Assembly (NCBI GenBank): GCA_000002445.1
Contig: CP000070.1
Location: forward strand, 288,001 to 352,000
Direction: 5' to 3'
Source: Trypanosoma brucei
Lineage: Eukaryota
Length of the DNA: 64,000 nt
The notes beneath the pieces are model-generated. The model worked only from the letters and a program-made list of their open reading frames with translations, was not told the origin of the DNA and made no database searches. Positions within the stretch are counted from its first letter, which is position 1, and the number at the start of each line of letters is the position of its first letter. Shown in pieces: positions 11,428-21,053 of this stretch. The position numbers and the translations under genes were made by a program.

Positions 11428-12548
11428 GCTTTCCCCATGCGCTTATACCACAATGGCTTCAGCGTATTTCTGTCTGTTGGTATTTGTGGGATGTCGCGCC
11501 ATCTCAGATTTCCCGTTATCTTTTCCAGCTGGACGATACCCAGTGTGTGCTTCTTTACATCTTTTCTTCTTTCTTCTTTTAGTGGGCCATTCTTGTAACT
11601 GAAGGCGGTGATGGTGGTGTGATAGTTTGCGAAGCGGCGTGTGCACGGAACAAGAACAAGCGAAGAAGAGGAAACAACATCACGTGTTGGAAGTGCCACT
11701 GGGGCAAAGGGGCGTAGAGTTGGGGGAATATTCAGGGAATCGGCCTGGAATAGCCTTCGTACTTCTCTTTGATTTGGTTGGGTGCCGTGTTTTAAATTTA
11801 TCTTTGGTCACCACTATTAGTGATCGAGGGTTGCGATCGGTTGGAATACGAGTGCCTCGTGGGCTTCCTGTTGACAGACCCGACGTAGCACAAAGAAACC
11901 TCACACCTTTATTCCTTCCCTATTCTTCCTCACTCATACCCAGTTTGGGGAACTTAGGGTAGTGCACCCTTCCTCCACGTCGTTTATAGGGGTGTGAAGG
12001 TGAGGACGGCTGTGGGCGTTGTTTGTGGTGCTAAAAAGTTCGTTGACGACATGGCCACTACTCGGGCGCCAAACTCCGGTACAAACCCAAATGGCGTCGG
12101 CACGTGCCCCGGAGGGAAGGATACACAAGAAGCAACAAGCCTGCCGTTTGCGGCGTTTCAGCTAGTTATGGCGGCGCTATTCATACTTAGTGGATTTGCT
12201 GTAAAGCGGATGAGGCGTCTGTCGGAACTACGGGCGCAGCAGCGCCACGAGCGACTTGGACGGGTGGAAGTGGGGTTTGGTATGGAGAGCGGTTCAACCA
12301 GATTAGTGATCTGACCTCACTGTGCGTTTGTTTGTGAGTATGTTCTGTCAGTTGTTTTTTCCTGCGGGACTCGCATAATGTGAGGTGGCTGGTGAGGGCG
12401 AATACCGCGGCCCTCGTTGTTTGTTTGCTTGCGACGGTGTTTGGTCGAGTCGCAACAATACCGATGTTTCGGGTTGCAGCGCGCGTTTCGTCGTGACTGC
12501 TCTGCGCTGCAATCGGTAACGGGTGTGAATGAGGGGCGGGCGACCGAG

Positions 12549-12619
12549 GCGCAGTTGGTCTAGTGGTAGAATTCTCGCCTGCCACGCGGGAGGCCCGGGT
12601 TCGATTCCCGGACTGCGCA
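12549..12619 (+). tRNA. tRNA-Gly (anticodon GCC)
   Basis: 71 nt. Acceptor stem GCGCAGT/ACTGCGC with discriminator A. A box TGGTCTAGTGG and B box GGTTCGATTCC. Anticodon loop CTGCCAC. Near-identical to the canonical eukaryotic tRNA-Gly-GCC body (TAGAATTCTCGCCTGCCACGCGGGAGGCCCGGGTTCGATTCCCGG). Confidence 0.92.
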
Positions 12620-12621
12620 CG

Positions 12622-12626
12622 TTTTT
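12622..12626 (+). terminator. T5 run immediately 3' of the tRNA (Pol III terminator)
   Basis: gTTTTTc two nucleotides after the discriminator base. Confidence 0.5.
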
Positions 12627-12937
12627 CTCCCATCTTGTCGTTTTGCATTTGGGTTCTTCCGGCCGAGGTGTTGTTAGCGACAGCGGGAGGGGAAGCAAAG
12701 AAAGTGGGAAAATGGAAAAAAAAAGAGGTGTATGAGTCATGCGCAAAGCGAAGGGATGGTGTGTTACCTCGGATATGTGTCCCGGTAACTGTTTTATTTC
12801 ACCCGAAATCACATACTTGATTTGTTTTCCACCATATGTTAGTTGTTGCGACTTTCCTTCTGGCTCCACCTCCTGATTAGTATCCAGTGTTTTTTTTTTT
12901 GCGGTAAAACATCGGAGTTTGGTGGCTCACCCACCGA

Positions 12938-13450
12938 ATGCAACGATACAAGGAGGGCAGATCCGGCGCTTACACCGAAACTTATCATAAGCTGCTGGGA
13001 AAGTCTCCATGGATTGTCATCCGCAACATTGAGCACCCTGGTGGCCCAAACAAAAGGAATAGGGAGAAGGTCGCTGCTGGCGGTAACGATCTTAACGCTA
13101 ATGACGATGAGTGTTGCTCCACATCACTCTCCGAGGGGGATATAGCAACTGTTTTCTCGCAGTTTGGTGAGGTGATTGATGTGAGGCTTGTGCGTCACCA
13201 GCGCACAGGCCGGTTCCTTGGCACTGCCTTTGTTAAGTTTGAAGACTACCGAAGTGCCATTTTAGCTGCGGATGAGATGAACTCCAACCATGAAAAGGGT
13301 AAGGAAGTTTCACTAACCACAACCGGGAGGGCACCATCGCAGCGGGGGATTGAGGTGGCCCGATGCGAGGAAGTTGAAGTTTGTGCGCTTCCTAGTGGCG
13401 CCGAGTCGTATGCGGAGTGGTTGAGTCGGGTTGTGTTGGAAGCGAGGTGA
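12938..13450 (+). CDS. RRM-domain protein, RBMX2/Snu17(Ist3)-like
   Basis: SPWIVIRNIEHPGG … EGDIATVFSQFGEVIDVRLVRHQRTGRFLGTAFVKFEDYRSAILAADEMN matches the RBMX2 pattern (AWIFVGGLPY…[50 protein letters not shown]). There is a roughly 30-aa acidic insertion between RNP-2 and the rest. The start may lie upstream of the annotated Met. Confidence 0.6.
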   Translation: MQRYKEGRSGAYTETYHKLLGKSPWIVIRNIEHPGGPNKRNREKVAAGGNDLNANDDECCSTSLSEGDIATVFSQFGEVIDVRLVRHQRTGRFLGTAFVKFEDYRSAILAADEMNSNHEKGKEVSLTTTGRAPSQRGIEVARCEEVEVCALPSGAESYAEWLSRVVLEAR

Positions 13451-13822
13451 AAAAATTGGGAGTGGAAAAAGGGGAATGGATGACAGTCTCCGTCACTCAT
13501 GTTGCCATGGTTGTGCTTCCTTTTTTTTTCGCGTGTCTGCCATTTTGCCGCGGTGGTTTCTGCCACCGAAATGGGCGTGTTTCGTCTCTGCTCCGCAGGG
13601 GGAGGGAGCGAGGTGAACAGAAATTGGTGCACCTACACCCTTGCGAAGAGGGTATTGAACGTAATACGCGAAGCACAACTCTTTATCTTTGTTTTCTTTC
13701 ACGCTTGATACCTCTTGTCTGTTAGAGCGTCTATGCCCTTTCTTTTTTTTTCTCGGTTGCTTTCCTTCTTCAAATATCAAGGTGCCTTTGCTACCTGTGG
13801 GCGTTCACAAGATAGCTGTAAG

Positions 13823-13846
13823 TATATATATATATATATATATATA
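13823..13846. repeat. (TA)12 microsatellite
   Basis: Direct read. Confidence 0.9.
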
Positions 13847-14006
13847 GGTACATATCTGCTCTTCCCTACCACCCGTGCGGTACGTGGTGAGAAGTTGGCG
13901 TTTGGAGGGAACAGACGCAGGGAAAGGAGCGCCAAGGGCAGTGACAACTAAGCCAAAAGAAGAGACACGAGGGGATTGAGGGCACCCTTCACTTAGTTTT
14001 GTTTCA

Positions 14007-17000
14007 TTGCCGCTTAGTTTTGTTTTCCCCATTGGGTATCGCACACTTCCAAGCACACAATTCGTCCTGCTGGCTCATCTTCAGGACGGCAGAGGGCCAT
14101 CGGCTCCGATGCGTCCATTAGTTGAGCGTTTTCTAAGGGGGGACAACAGTGTCCTATCGCAGATCCTTATGCGGGTTGAATCTCAGGGCGATCCAACATT
14201 CGGAGATAGCAGCGAACGGCTCTACAACCGGCTTATAGAAATGCTTGTTCATGAGGGTCGACGGGCATCAGGATCCGCACGCGGAAGCCCCAGTAACAAA
14301 GAAAATTGTTTTGTAGCCATACGCGTATTCAATATTATCTTCGAGCGGGCTGGAGTTGACGCTCCGGTTCTGCGTCGATGTCTTACGGAGTCCGGATCAA
14401 ACAACGCTCGTATGATGAATTTAGATCACTACTTCTCTCAACAGGGGCACATGAATATGCATGTAGCTCGCTTTGCATTGACTTTGACCAAGATTTATCG
14501 CATTTCTGTTGAGACCCTTTTGACAGCCGCGCCAAACATTGTCCACGTGGAGAGGCTTGCAGGAAGTAGGGAAAACTCCAATGCACAATCATCAGCGAGC
14601 AGCCACGACGATAACGTTTCCCCAATGCGCGGCACGTTCAGTGCTGCACGGAGTAATTTAAGGGGGGAGGGACGTTCGGTTTCCAACCCTCGTGCTGGTC
14701 GCGGTGCAGACGGCGCTCGTGTGGAGTTGTTTCAAGCGGTAGGCAACAGTAACAGACATTGGCGAGAACTACCTGATGCACCATCTTTTGTTCCTTTCAG
14801 TGTGAACCCACTGTACAGCGAAAATGTAGGTGCCTCAAACCACACGTGGATGCCGCCCCAGTTTCCAACTCCAGTATTGCTATTCTCACGGCACTTCGGG
14901 GCGGGTTGTGAAGCCAAACTTCCAATAATGGGCGCCATTACAGCTCAACAAACCGGAGAGCAGTTAGATGCGGAGGATGCGATAGCATCACCCACTCCGG
15001 AAAGGGTGGGCGACGGTGGTGAAGCAGTGGAAGAAGTAGTTGCAGGTGAGAAACCACCGGACCTGCTGTTGTCACGCTACCTGGCGAAAGGTGCAGTGCT
15101 TACGTGGGGTAACATTGCCTCCGTCAAAACAGGAAAGAAGTTACAACTAGCAAGCCCATCGGATGGCGAAAGCCCCCCACAAGGCTCGTACACGTTGTCA
15201 CCCACAAGGTTGGCCATTCCGGTTCCTGTGGTTTCTTTCAGCTGCGGCGCGTATTCATGTTATTTTGTGACAATGGAGAGAAAAATTCTAAGCTGTGGCA
15301 ATGACGATTGGGGTCAGTTAGGAGCTGGGAAGTCGAAGGACTCTCAGCCCCCTGGTGCAGTCAAGGGTAGCGAAGGGAAGTACCGACTCTACCGTGTGCC
15401 GCTCCGCAGTGGTGATCAAATATGTAAGTTAGCGGCTGGTTCTGCCTTCGCTGTCGCCATTGGTTTACGGAGTAGGCGCATGTATCTCTGGGGTCAAAAT
15501 TCATTCGGACAGTGCCTTGTTCACGAAGGTATGACTGTGCGAACACCCGTACTAGTGGACATCCCAGGACAATACACAGAGGTTGTGGATGTGGCTTGCG
15601 GGGGCTTCTACGCCGCACTATCTTTTACATGCGGCAGCGTAGGAACATGGGGGCTCTCCACAATGCTGGCAACAAATGTTTCACCAGATCAGCTTCGAGA
15701 TGCAGATGCACCGAACAACCAGAAGTGCGCTAAAACAATTAATTTGTTCAAACCACTAAACGAGAAGGTCGTTGCGCTTCGGGCGGGGCCGTGTCATTGT
15801 CTTGCGATAACGTCAAGTGGGGCCGTATATTCATGGGGTGTAGAGCGTAATGGGCGACTTGGGCACGGTAGTGGAAAAAATGAGGAGAAAATGCGCCTCA
15901 TTGACGCTCTAAGTAATCAAGTGGTTACGGATGCCAGCTGCGGCTCGTTTCACACAGCGGTTTTGACGAAGCAGGGACAAATTTTTGTCTTCGGTGAAAA
16001 TACATATGGTCAGTTGGGTCTCCCGACACGGCAACCACGTTTGCTACCGGAGATACTTCCGCTGCCCAAAAGGGCAATATCCGTTTCGTGTGGACGTGAG
16101 CACACTTGCATATTGTTAGAGGACGGCGACGTCATGGCATGTGGGAGCCTTCGATGCTCAGGTGTTGGCGTAGGTTTTGGTTCTCGCTTCGTGGCTCCGC
16201 GCCGAGCTGTACAAAACTATCTCATCCTAACTTTAGCTAGTGGTGATCTGCACGTGCTTGCAGCCGGGCTCCTACGCACTATGGCACTAACCGTAGTTCA
16301 AACTCCGCCGGAGTCACCAATACTTGACGACCTACCGAAAGTCAATGAAGTAGCTAGACGTCACGGTTTGCGCGGGGTTAGCGCCGGAAATGGGTTTACA
16401 ATAATTTTAGCGGAAACAGGTGAAGCCTTTTCTATTGGTCAGGGAGAAAATGGTCAGTTAGGGATGGGTGATACTTCGCTTTCACAAAAAACGGCACTTC
16501 GTAAAGTAGTTGTACCCGACTTTGAAGAGTTGTGTGCCGTGGAGTGTGGGTTTAACTTTGCCATTGCTATTGGCTCCTCCGGTGCCCTGTATAGTTGGGG
16601 CTGGAATACACATGGACAGCTCGGCCACGGTGTGGCCGTCAACTTAGGGGAAGCGGTCTTTACTCCTAAGGAGATTTCAGCGTTGAAGTCGCTTGCGCAA
16701 GTCGTTCAGGTTGCGTGTGGTGGTACTTTCGTAATTGCTCTTACTCAATGCGGGGAGGTGTATTCATGGGGAGAAACTCTGTACTGTGGTCATGGAACTG
16801 GAGGTGAGAGATGCCTAACAAACCCCAAGCGAATTGCGGCACTACAGGACATTGCGGCGGTTGCGGCAGGTGATAGGCATGCTGCTGCTGTTTCCTATGA
16901 CCATGTCATTTACGCGTGGGGTCGGGGTCCTGTTGGTGATGGTGGATCTCCATCCACTGTGGTGCCGGTTCCCGTAGCAGTGAAGTTTGCACACCCAGTG

Positions 17001-17567
17001 CGTCAACTTGTATGCTGCCAGGTGAATACGTTTATAATTACGGACGTTGGTGATCTTTATGTGTGGGGACTGAACAACAACGGACAATGTGGGGCGCTAC
17101 AGTCGATGATTAACAGTGATCATTCAACTTCTACTCTTCGTCAAAAAGGGGATGAGGATGGTGGGATGAAATCGGATCAGCAACCCCTACTGTTTCCCAC
17201 CTTTGTTGCGTCCGGGGTGCGTGAAGCCGCATTCACCAAAATGTGCGGAGTTTACGTTAAGGAGGACGGCAGCAGTTACGTTTGTGGTCGCGTGCGTCAA
17301 AATGGAAGGGATGTAACTCTCAAGTCCTTCACACAGCAGTGGGTCGGTCGCCCTCCCAGTGAGCGTGATGGTGAAACTGGGGCTGCCTCTCCCAGCAGTT
17401 ACTTCGTCCGTTGCTTCCATGGATACGACAGTATATTCCAACTAGTAGAGCGAAAGCGACAAACTCCTGCTTCGTTGAAAACCACTAGACAAAACTTGTC
17501 GGCGTTTGTTCGCGGCTCAAAGGAAAAAGCCTTTTACCAGCGCAACAACCAGAATAGAGAGAAGTAG
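14007..17567 (+). CDS. RCC1-repeat (regulator of chromosome condensation-like beta-propeller) protein, 1186 aa
   Basis: At least 7 RCC1 blades with the signature YxWGxNxxGQLGxG (WGQNSFGQCL, YSWGVERNGRLGHGSG, FGENTYGQLGL, YSWGWNTHGQLGHG, YSWGETLYCGHGTG, YVWGLNNNGQCG). A long non-repeat N-terminal region precedes them. An alternative start is at 14109. Confidence 0.8.
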   Translation: MPLSFVFPIGYRTLPSTQFVLLAHLQDGRGPSAPMRPLVERFLRGDNSVLSQILMRVESQGDPTFGDSSERLYNRLIEMLVHEGRRASGSARGSPSNKENCFVAIRVFNIIFERAGVDAPVLRRCLTESGSNNARMMNLDHYFSQQGHMNMHVARFALTLTKIYRISVETLLTAAPNIVHVERLAGSRENSNAQSSASSHDDNVSPMRGTFSAARSNLRGEGRSVSNPRAGRGADGARVELFQAVGNSNRHWRELPDAPSFVPFSVNPLYSENVGASNHTWMPPQFPTPVLLFSRHFGAGCEAKLPIMGAITAQQTGEQLDAEDAIASPTPERVGDGGEAVEEVVAGEKPPDLLLSRYLAKGAVLTWGNIASVKTGKKLQLASPSDGESPPQGSYTLSPTRLAIPVPVVSFSCGAYSCYFVTMERKILSCGNDDWGQLGAGKSKDSQPPGAVKGSEGKYRLYRVPLRSGDQICKLAAGSAFAVAIGLRSRRMYLWGQNSFGQCLVHEGMTVRTPVLVDIPGQYTEVVDVACGGFYAALSFTCGSVGTWGLSTMLATNVSPDQLRDADAPNNQKCAKTINLFKPLNEKVVALRAGPCHCLAITSSGAVYSWGVERNGRLGHGSGKNEEKMRLIDALSNQVVTDASCGSFHTAVLTKQGQIFVFGENTYGQLGLPTRQPRLLPEILPLPKRAISVSCGREHTCILLEDGDVMACGSLRCSGVGVGFGSRFVAPRRAVQNYLILTLASGDLHVLAAGLLRTMALTVVQTPPESPILDDLPKVNEVARRHGLRGVSAGNGFTIILAETGEAFSIGQGENGQLGMGDTSLSQKTALRKVVVPDFEELCAVECGFNFAIAIGSSGALYSWGWNTHGQLGHGVAVNLGEAVFTPKEISALKSLAQVVQVACGGTFVIALTQCGEVYSWGETLYCGHGTGGERCLTNPKRIAALQDIAAVAAGDRHAAAVSYDHVIYAWGRGPVGDGGSPSTVVPVPVAVKFAHPVRQLVCCQVNTFIITDVGDLYVWGLNNNGQCGALQSMINSDHSTSTLRQKGDEDGGMKSDQQPLLFPTFVASGVREAAFTKMCGVYVKEDGSSYVCGRVRQNGRDVTLKSFTQQWVGRPPSERDGETGAASPSSYFVRCFHGYDSIFQLVERKRQTPASLKTTRQNLSAFVRGSKEKAFYQRNNQNREK

Positions 17568-18950
17568 CCCGCCATAGGCACGTTGCATCATGTACCGTAC
17601 ATGCATTTGGAATGGGTGCCTAATGAGCTGGAAATTGTGAAGAGGTGGAGAGAGACATTGGTTGCGCGGGTAGATGTGAATGCGTGCATGTGCGACGCCA
17701 CTGACTTGCAAACGTATACGCATGAGCGAAACTAGGAAACGAGAGGGTAACCGGAGTGAATAGTGATCAATTTCTTTGGTAGATAAGCAGAGAAAAGGGG
17801 GTACTTGAGGTCACCTATCTCGTACCTGACACCGTGAAAACCTGGACTACATGGGGAAGGACGGGAAAAAGTATCTACGACAGAGATAAGAAAAAAAAAG
17901 CGAAAAGAGTACACTGTACTCATGTGCATAGTGCGAAAGTGTCTCATATAACACTTTAAAAATTTTTTCGCCTATGTTATTAAGTGCTTCAATGCTTTGA
18001 GCGTCGTAGAAATGCTGCTTATTACCTTTCCGTTTATCCCTCTTGATTACTTTTCTGTGACCCCTCTTAAGCGTTTATGTGGGGTGAATGTTTTATCATT
18101 TATGTTTAGTAATCCCGGTTTTCCTCATCTTTTGTAAAAAGTGTGATGCATGTGGGAAGCATTCTTGCCCATGCTCCTCGGGTGGCAACGCACTCGTATG
18201 TTTTAAAAGCGTGGTTATATCTTGCATTGAGGTGTTGTACTCTGTTGGTTGCTCGGATACGCGGCATAGGGGAGCGGGGGATTCCTTTATCCTTTTACTT
18301 CCCTTGTTTTTGTTTTATGTAAGGTGTTGCGCCGGTCCTCTCTTGTCATATTTGCTGTTCGAGTACGCGTGTTTTTTTTTTGTGTGTTTCCTACCCTCCT
18401 TTGTTCCTACATGAAACAAAGGGTTGATCTCGGGGGCGGGGGCTGCTGCCCAACCACCATTTCCGGTTAAAAAAACATATTTATCTACATGTTCTTGCTT
18501 TTTCATCACTTTTCAATTGCTGTTCCCTACCTAAAGAAGAAATGTCAAATGCATTTTTCGATATGTTTACGCGCGTGTCCTAGAAAACCTGTGAGAGCTG
18601 GCATCGCAACGGCTTCCTTTCTCCTTTCTTCTCCCACCCCCGTACATTCGCCATGATGTTCACCAACATGTTATTCTTTCTTTGGAGCGTCTTTTGCTTC
18701 ACCCGTGAAGGACTGGTAGAAAAAGTTAAGAAGGAGGTGCGGGTGAAACTTCCCTCTTCGCCTCCTGCGCTCGAAACGTGTCACCAACTCCACTGTCACG
18801 TTCCTCTTTCTTCCTTTCAGGGTTGTTAGCATCTTCACAACCTCCCCTCCTCCACGTCAACATCGAGCGCAGCTTTACGGAAGCAAGTGTAAAGCGGGGC
18901 GAGAAGAAAATAAGTACGGCAAGGGAACAACTGCGGGAGTGTACCCATAA

Positions 18951-20273
18951 ATGTCTGTCACTTGCTGCGCCTATAGGAGGATACTGAAGCACTTGCAAAG
19001 AAGCGCAGTCAGATATGGGAAACAGGAGGAAATTTGTTTCGCTGTGTTTGGGCGCGCACTGAATATGAATGATTTTGCTGCCGCTGGGTATGGCGAAACA
19101 GCTCAGCAGGTAGCTCGGTCCATGTTCTCCCGGCCCAGCATCTCCGGTATCTCGTGCGATGAACCCGCACAACGGCTTGTTGGCGCATTTGACATGTTGC
19201 GGCGTTTTGCCGAGGTTACCACTGCCACAGGTAGTTCCAAGGTCGAACGAAGTATGGATGAGACTGAGCGTTCGCAGAATGAACCGAAGGAGCCAAAGGG
19301 AAGTGGGACGACGACATCTTCGGGGATTAGGAGGGCTGTTGTGATGGATTCCGTGAAGGTAGTTGGTGAAACAAGCAAGCCCGTGTCACCTGGGGTGGAA
19401 GAGGATCAAGCAAATGGTGGTAAAGGGTGCGAAAACGGCATCGAAGATGATGAGGACCAAGTGACTGACGGCTTTCATGTCGGGGAAGGGTCGGTGTACA
19501 TTGAGAGTTCTGTAAGTCAAAAGGTGCGAAAAATATCGCGACGCGTACTTGTATGCTTGGATTTGTTTAAGATACCCCCATATCGGCACATGATGCCCCC
19601 AGAACCACTCTATCCAACGAACATACGTGTGAGGTTTAAGTTCCCATTGATGAGGGATGCGATGCTTTGCATGGCGGCGTCCGTGGGCAAAGGCAACATC
19701 AATGGAACCCTTGAGCGCAAGAGGATACTCAACGAGGAAGATTACGGCGTGGTGTGTAACGTTATCCCCACGAGGACGATCACGGTAACCGATCATCTTG
19801 AGGTGGAACTGCGCACAGAGTACGTCCTTTCGAGAACTTACAACAGTGCGGAGGACGATGACGAACACATGAAGGTTCACCCTGTAGAAGGGGATTGTGA
19901 ATCCATCGTTTCCGGTGACGACAGCGGTACGAACATCCAGCATATATTTCGCTACTTTGTATTTATCCGGAACTATGGACCAGAGAAAAACGAGAAGAAA
20001 TGGCACGCTCAACTGCTTTCTCGACACCTGGTTATTTTTGACGAGGAGAAGGAAGCTGTTACGGAGGTGATTGGCCCCGGTTTAGCGGGGAATGTGCCTC
20101 TCTTGCCACCAGGAGGGTCGCACTTCTACGAAAGCGGCTTGTCTCTGTACGGGACGTCAGGTGTAATGCGGGGGACTTTCCAGATCAACACATATAACGA
20201 AAGCGGTGAGTCCCGCTGCATCGATATACACATTGCCCCGACACGTTTGGCTCCAAAAGAGGGATCGAAATGA
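18951..20273 (+). CDS. hypothetical protein, 440 aa
   Basis: Long + strand ORF between the two RCC1 genes. The antisense 213-aa ORF inside it is treated as a shadow. Confidence 0.5.
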   Translation: MSVTCCAYRRILKHLQRSAVRYGKQEEICFAVFGRALNMNDFAAAGYGETAQQVARSMFSRPSISGISCDEPAQRLVGAFDMLRRFAEVTTATGSSKVERSMDETERSQNEPKEPKGSGTTTSSGIRRAVVMDSVKVVGETSKPVSPGVEEDQANGGKGCENGIEDDEDQVTDGFHVGEGSVYIESSVSQKVRKISRRVLVCLDLFKIPPYRHMMPPEPLYPTNIRVRFKFPLMRDAMLCMAASVGKGNINGTLERKRILNEEDYGVVCNVIPTRTITVTDHLEVELRTEYVLSRTYNSAEDDDEHMKVHPVEGDCESIVSGDDSGTNIQHIFRYFVFIRNYGPEKNEKKWHAQLLSRHLVIFDEEKEAVTEVIGPGLAGNVPLLPPGGSHFYESGLSLYGTSGVMRGTFQINTYNESGESRCIDIHIAPTRLAPKEGSK

Positions 20274-21053
20274 TCTTGCGCTACGTTATGTAGTAGACGA
20301 GATTACTGGACGCTGAAGGAGGATGGGGATGGGGAGTATGAGCACGAGACCTCAACGCATTTGTGTGAGGCGCACCAGGGAGGGGGGGGGGACGTCAACA
20401 GGTACGAGCCCAAACGAACATCACAAGGTCCTCTATTTTTTCAACTGTTTTAAAATATTCACCTAATATGCTGAGGTTTCGTGGTGCACGTGTAGGTTTC
20501 TATGAATGCATGAGCGACTACGTGGGCCGGTCGCTAACTGCTGTAGCTTCTCACTGTGTTGTCATTTTGCTCCGATCTTCTTGCGATGTTCTGTTTTGGA
20601 GCCGGCTATTTCACAAATGGAACACATGCGTTTCCCCCAAGAAACGGCGTACGTTTGTATGCGTGTAGTTTGAAGGAGGGACTTGGAGCGATGAGTCGGA
20701 AAAAGGACCGAAATGCAAGCGGTCATACCATTCAGCACTCACGTGCATTTTGGTTGGTGCGTATCTGTACTCACTTTTTACCATGAGTGTTACCTGCCGC
20801 GAGGGGTAACGTGACTGTACGACAACGTGGGTAAGCTTTCTTGGACAACTCATAATTCTGCAGGTCTTTTCTTTTTTCCTCCCTTCGTCGTTTTTGTATG
20901 CAAATTTGTTATCTTTTCCCCACATTTCAAACACTTGCGATCTATCCAATCCCGCGTGAGTAGTAACAGGTCTTGCACTGAAGCGGGGAGAGAGGTGGCC
21001 GGAAGAAAGTAATACACCAATCAGGGGAGCAGTGGGGAGAATACTTTAGCTCT

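Noticed and set aside
12348-12869. 173-aa minus-strand ORF spanning the tRNA-Gly
   Set aside because: It reads straight through a well-formed tRNA gene and its terminator. No supporting features.
19386-20027. 213-aa minus-strand ORF
   Set aside because: Lies entirely antisense to the 440-aa + strand ORF in a window where every supported gene is on the + strand, and its composition is low-complexity. Treated as an antisense shadow.
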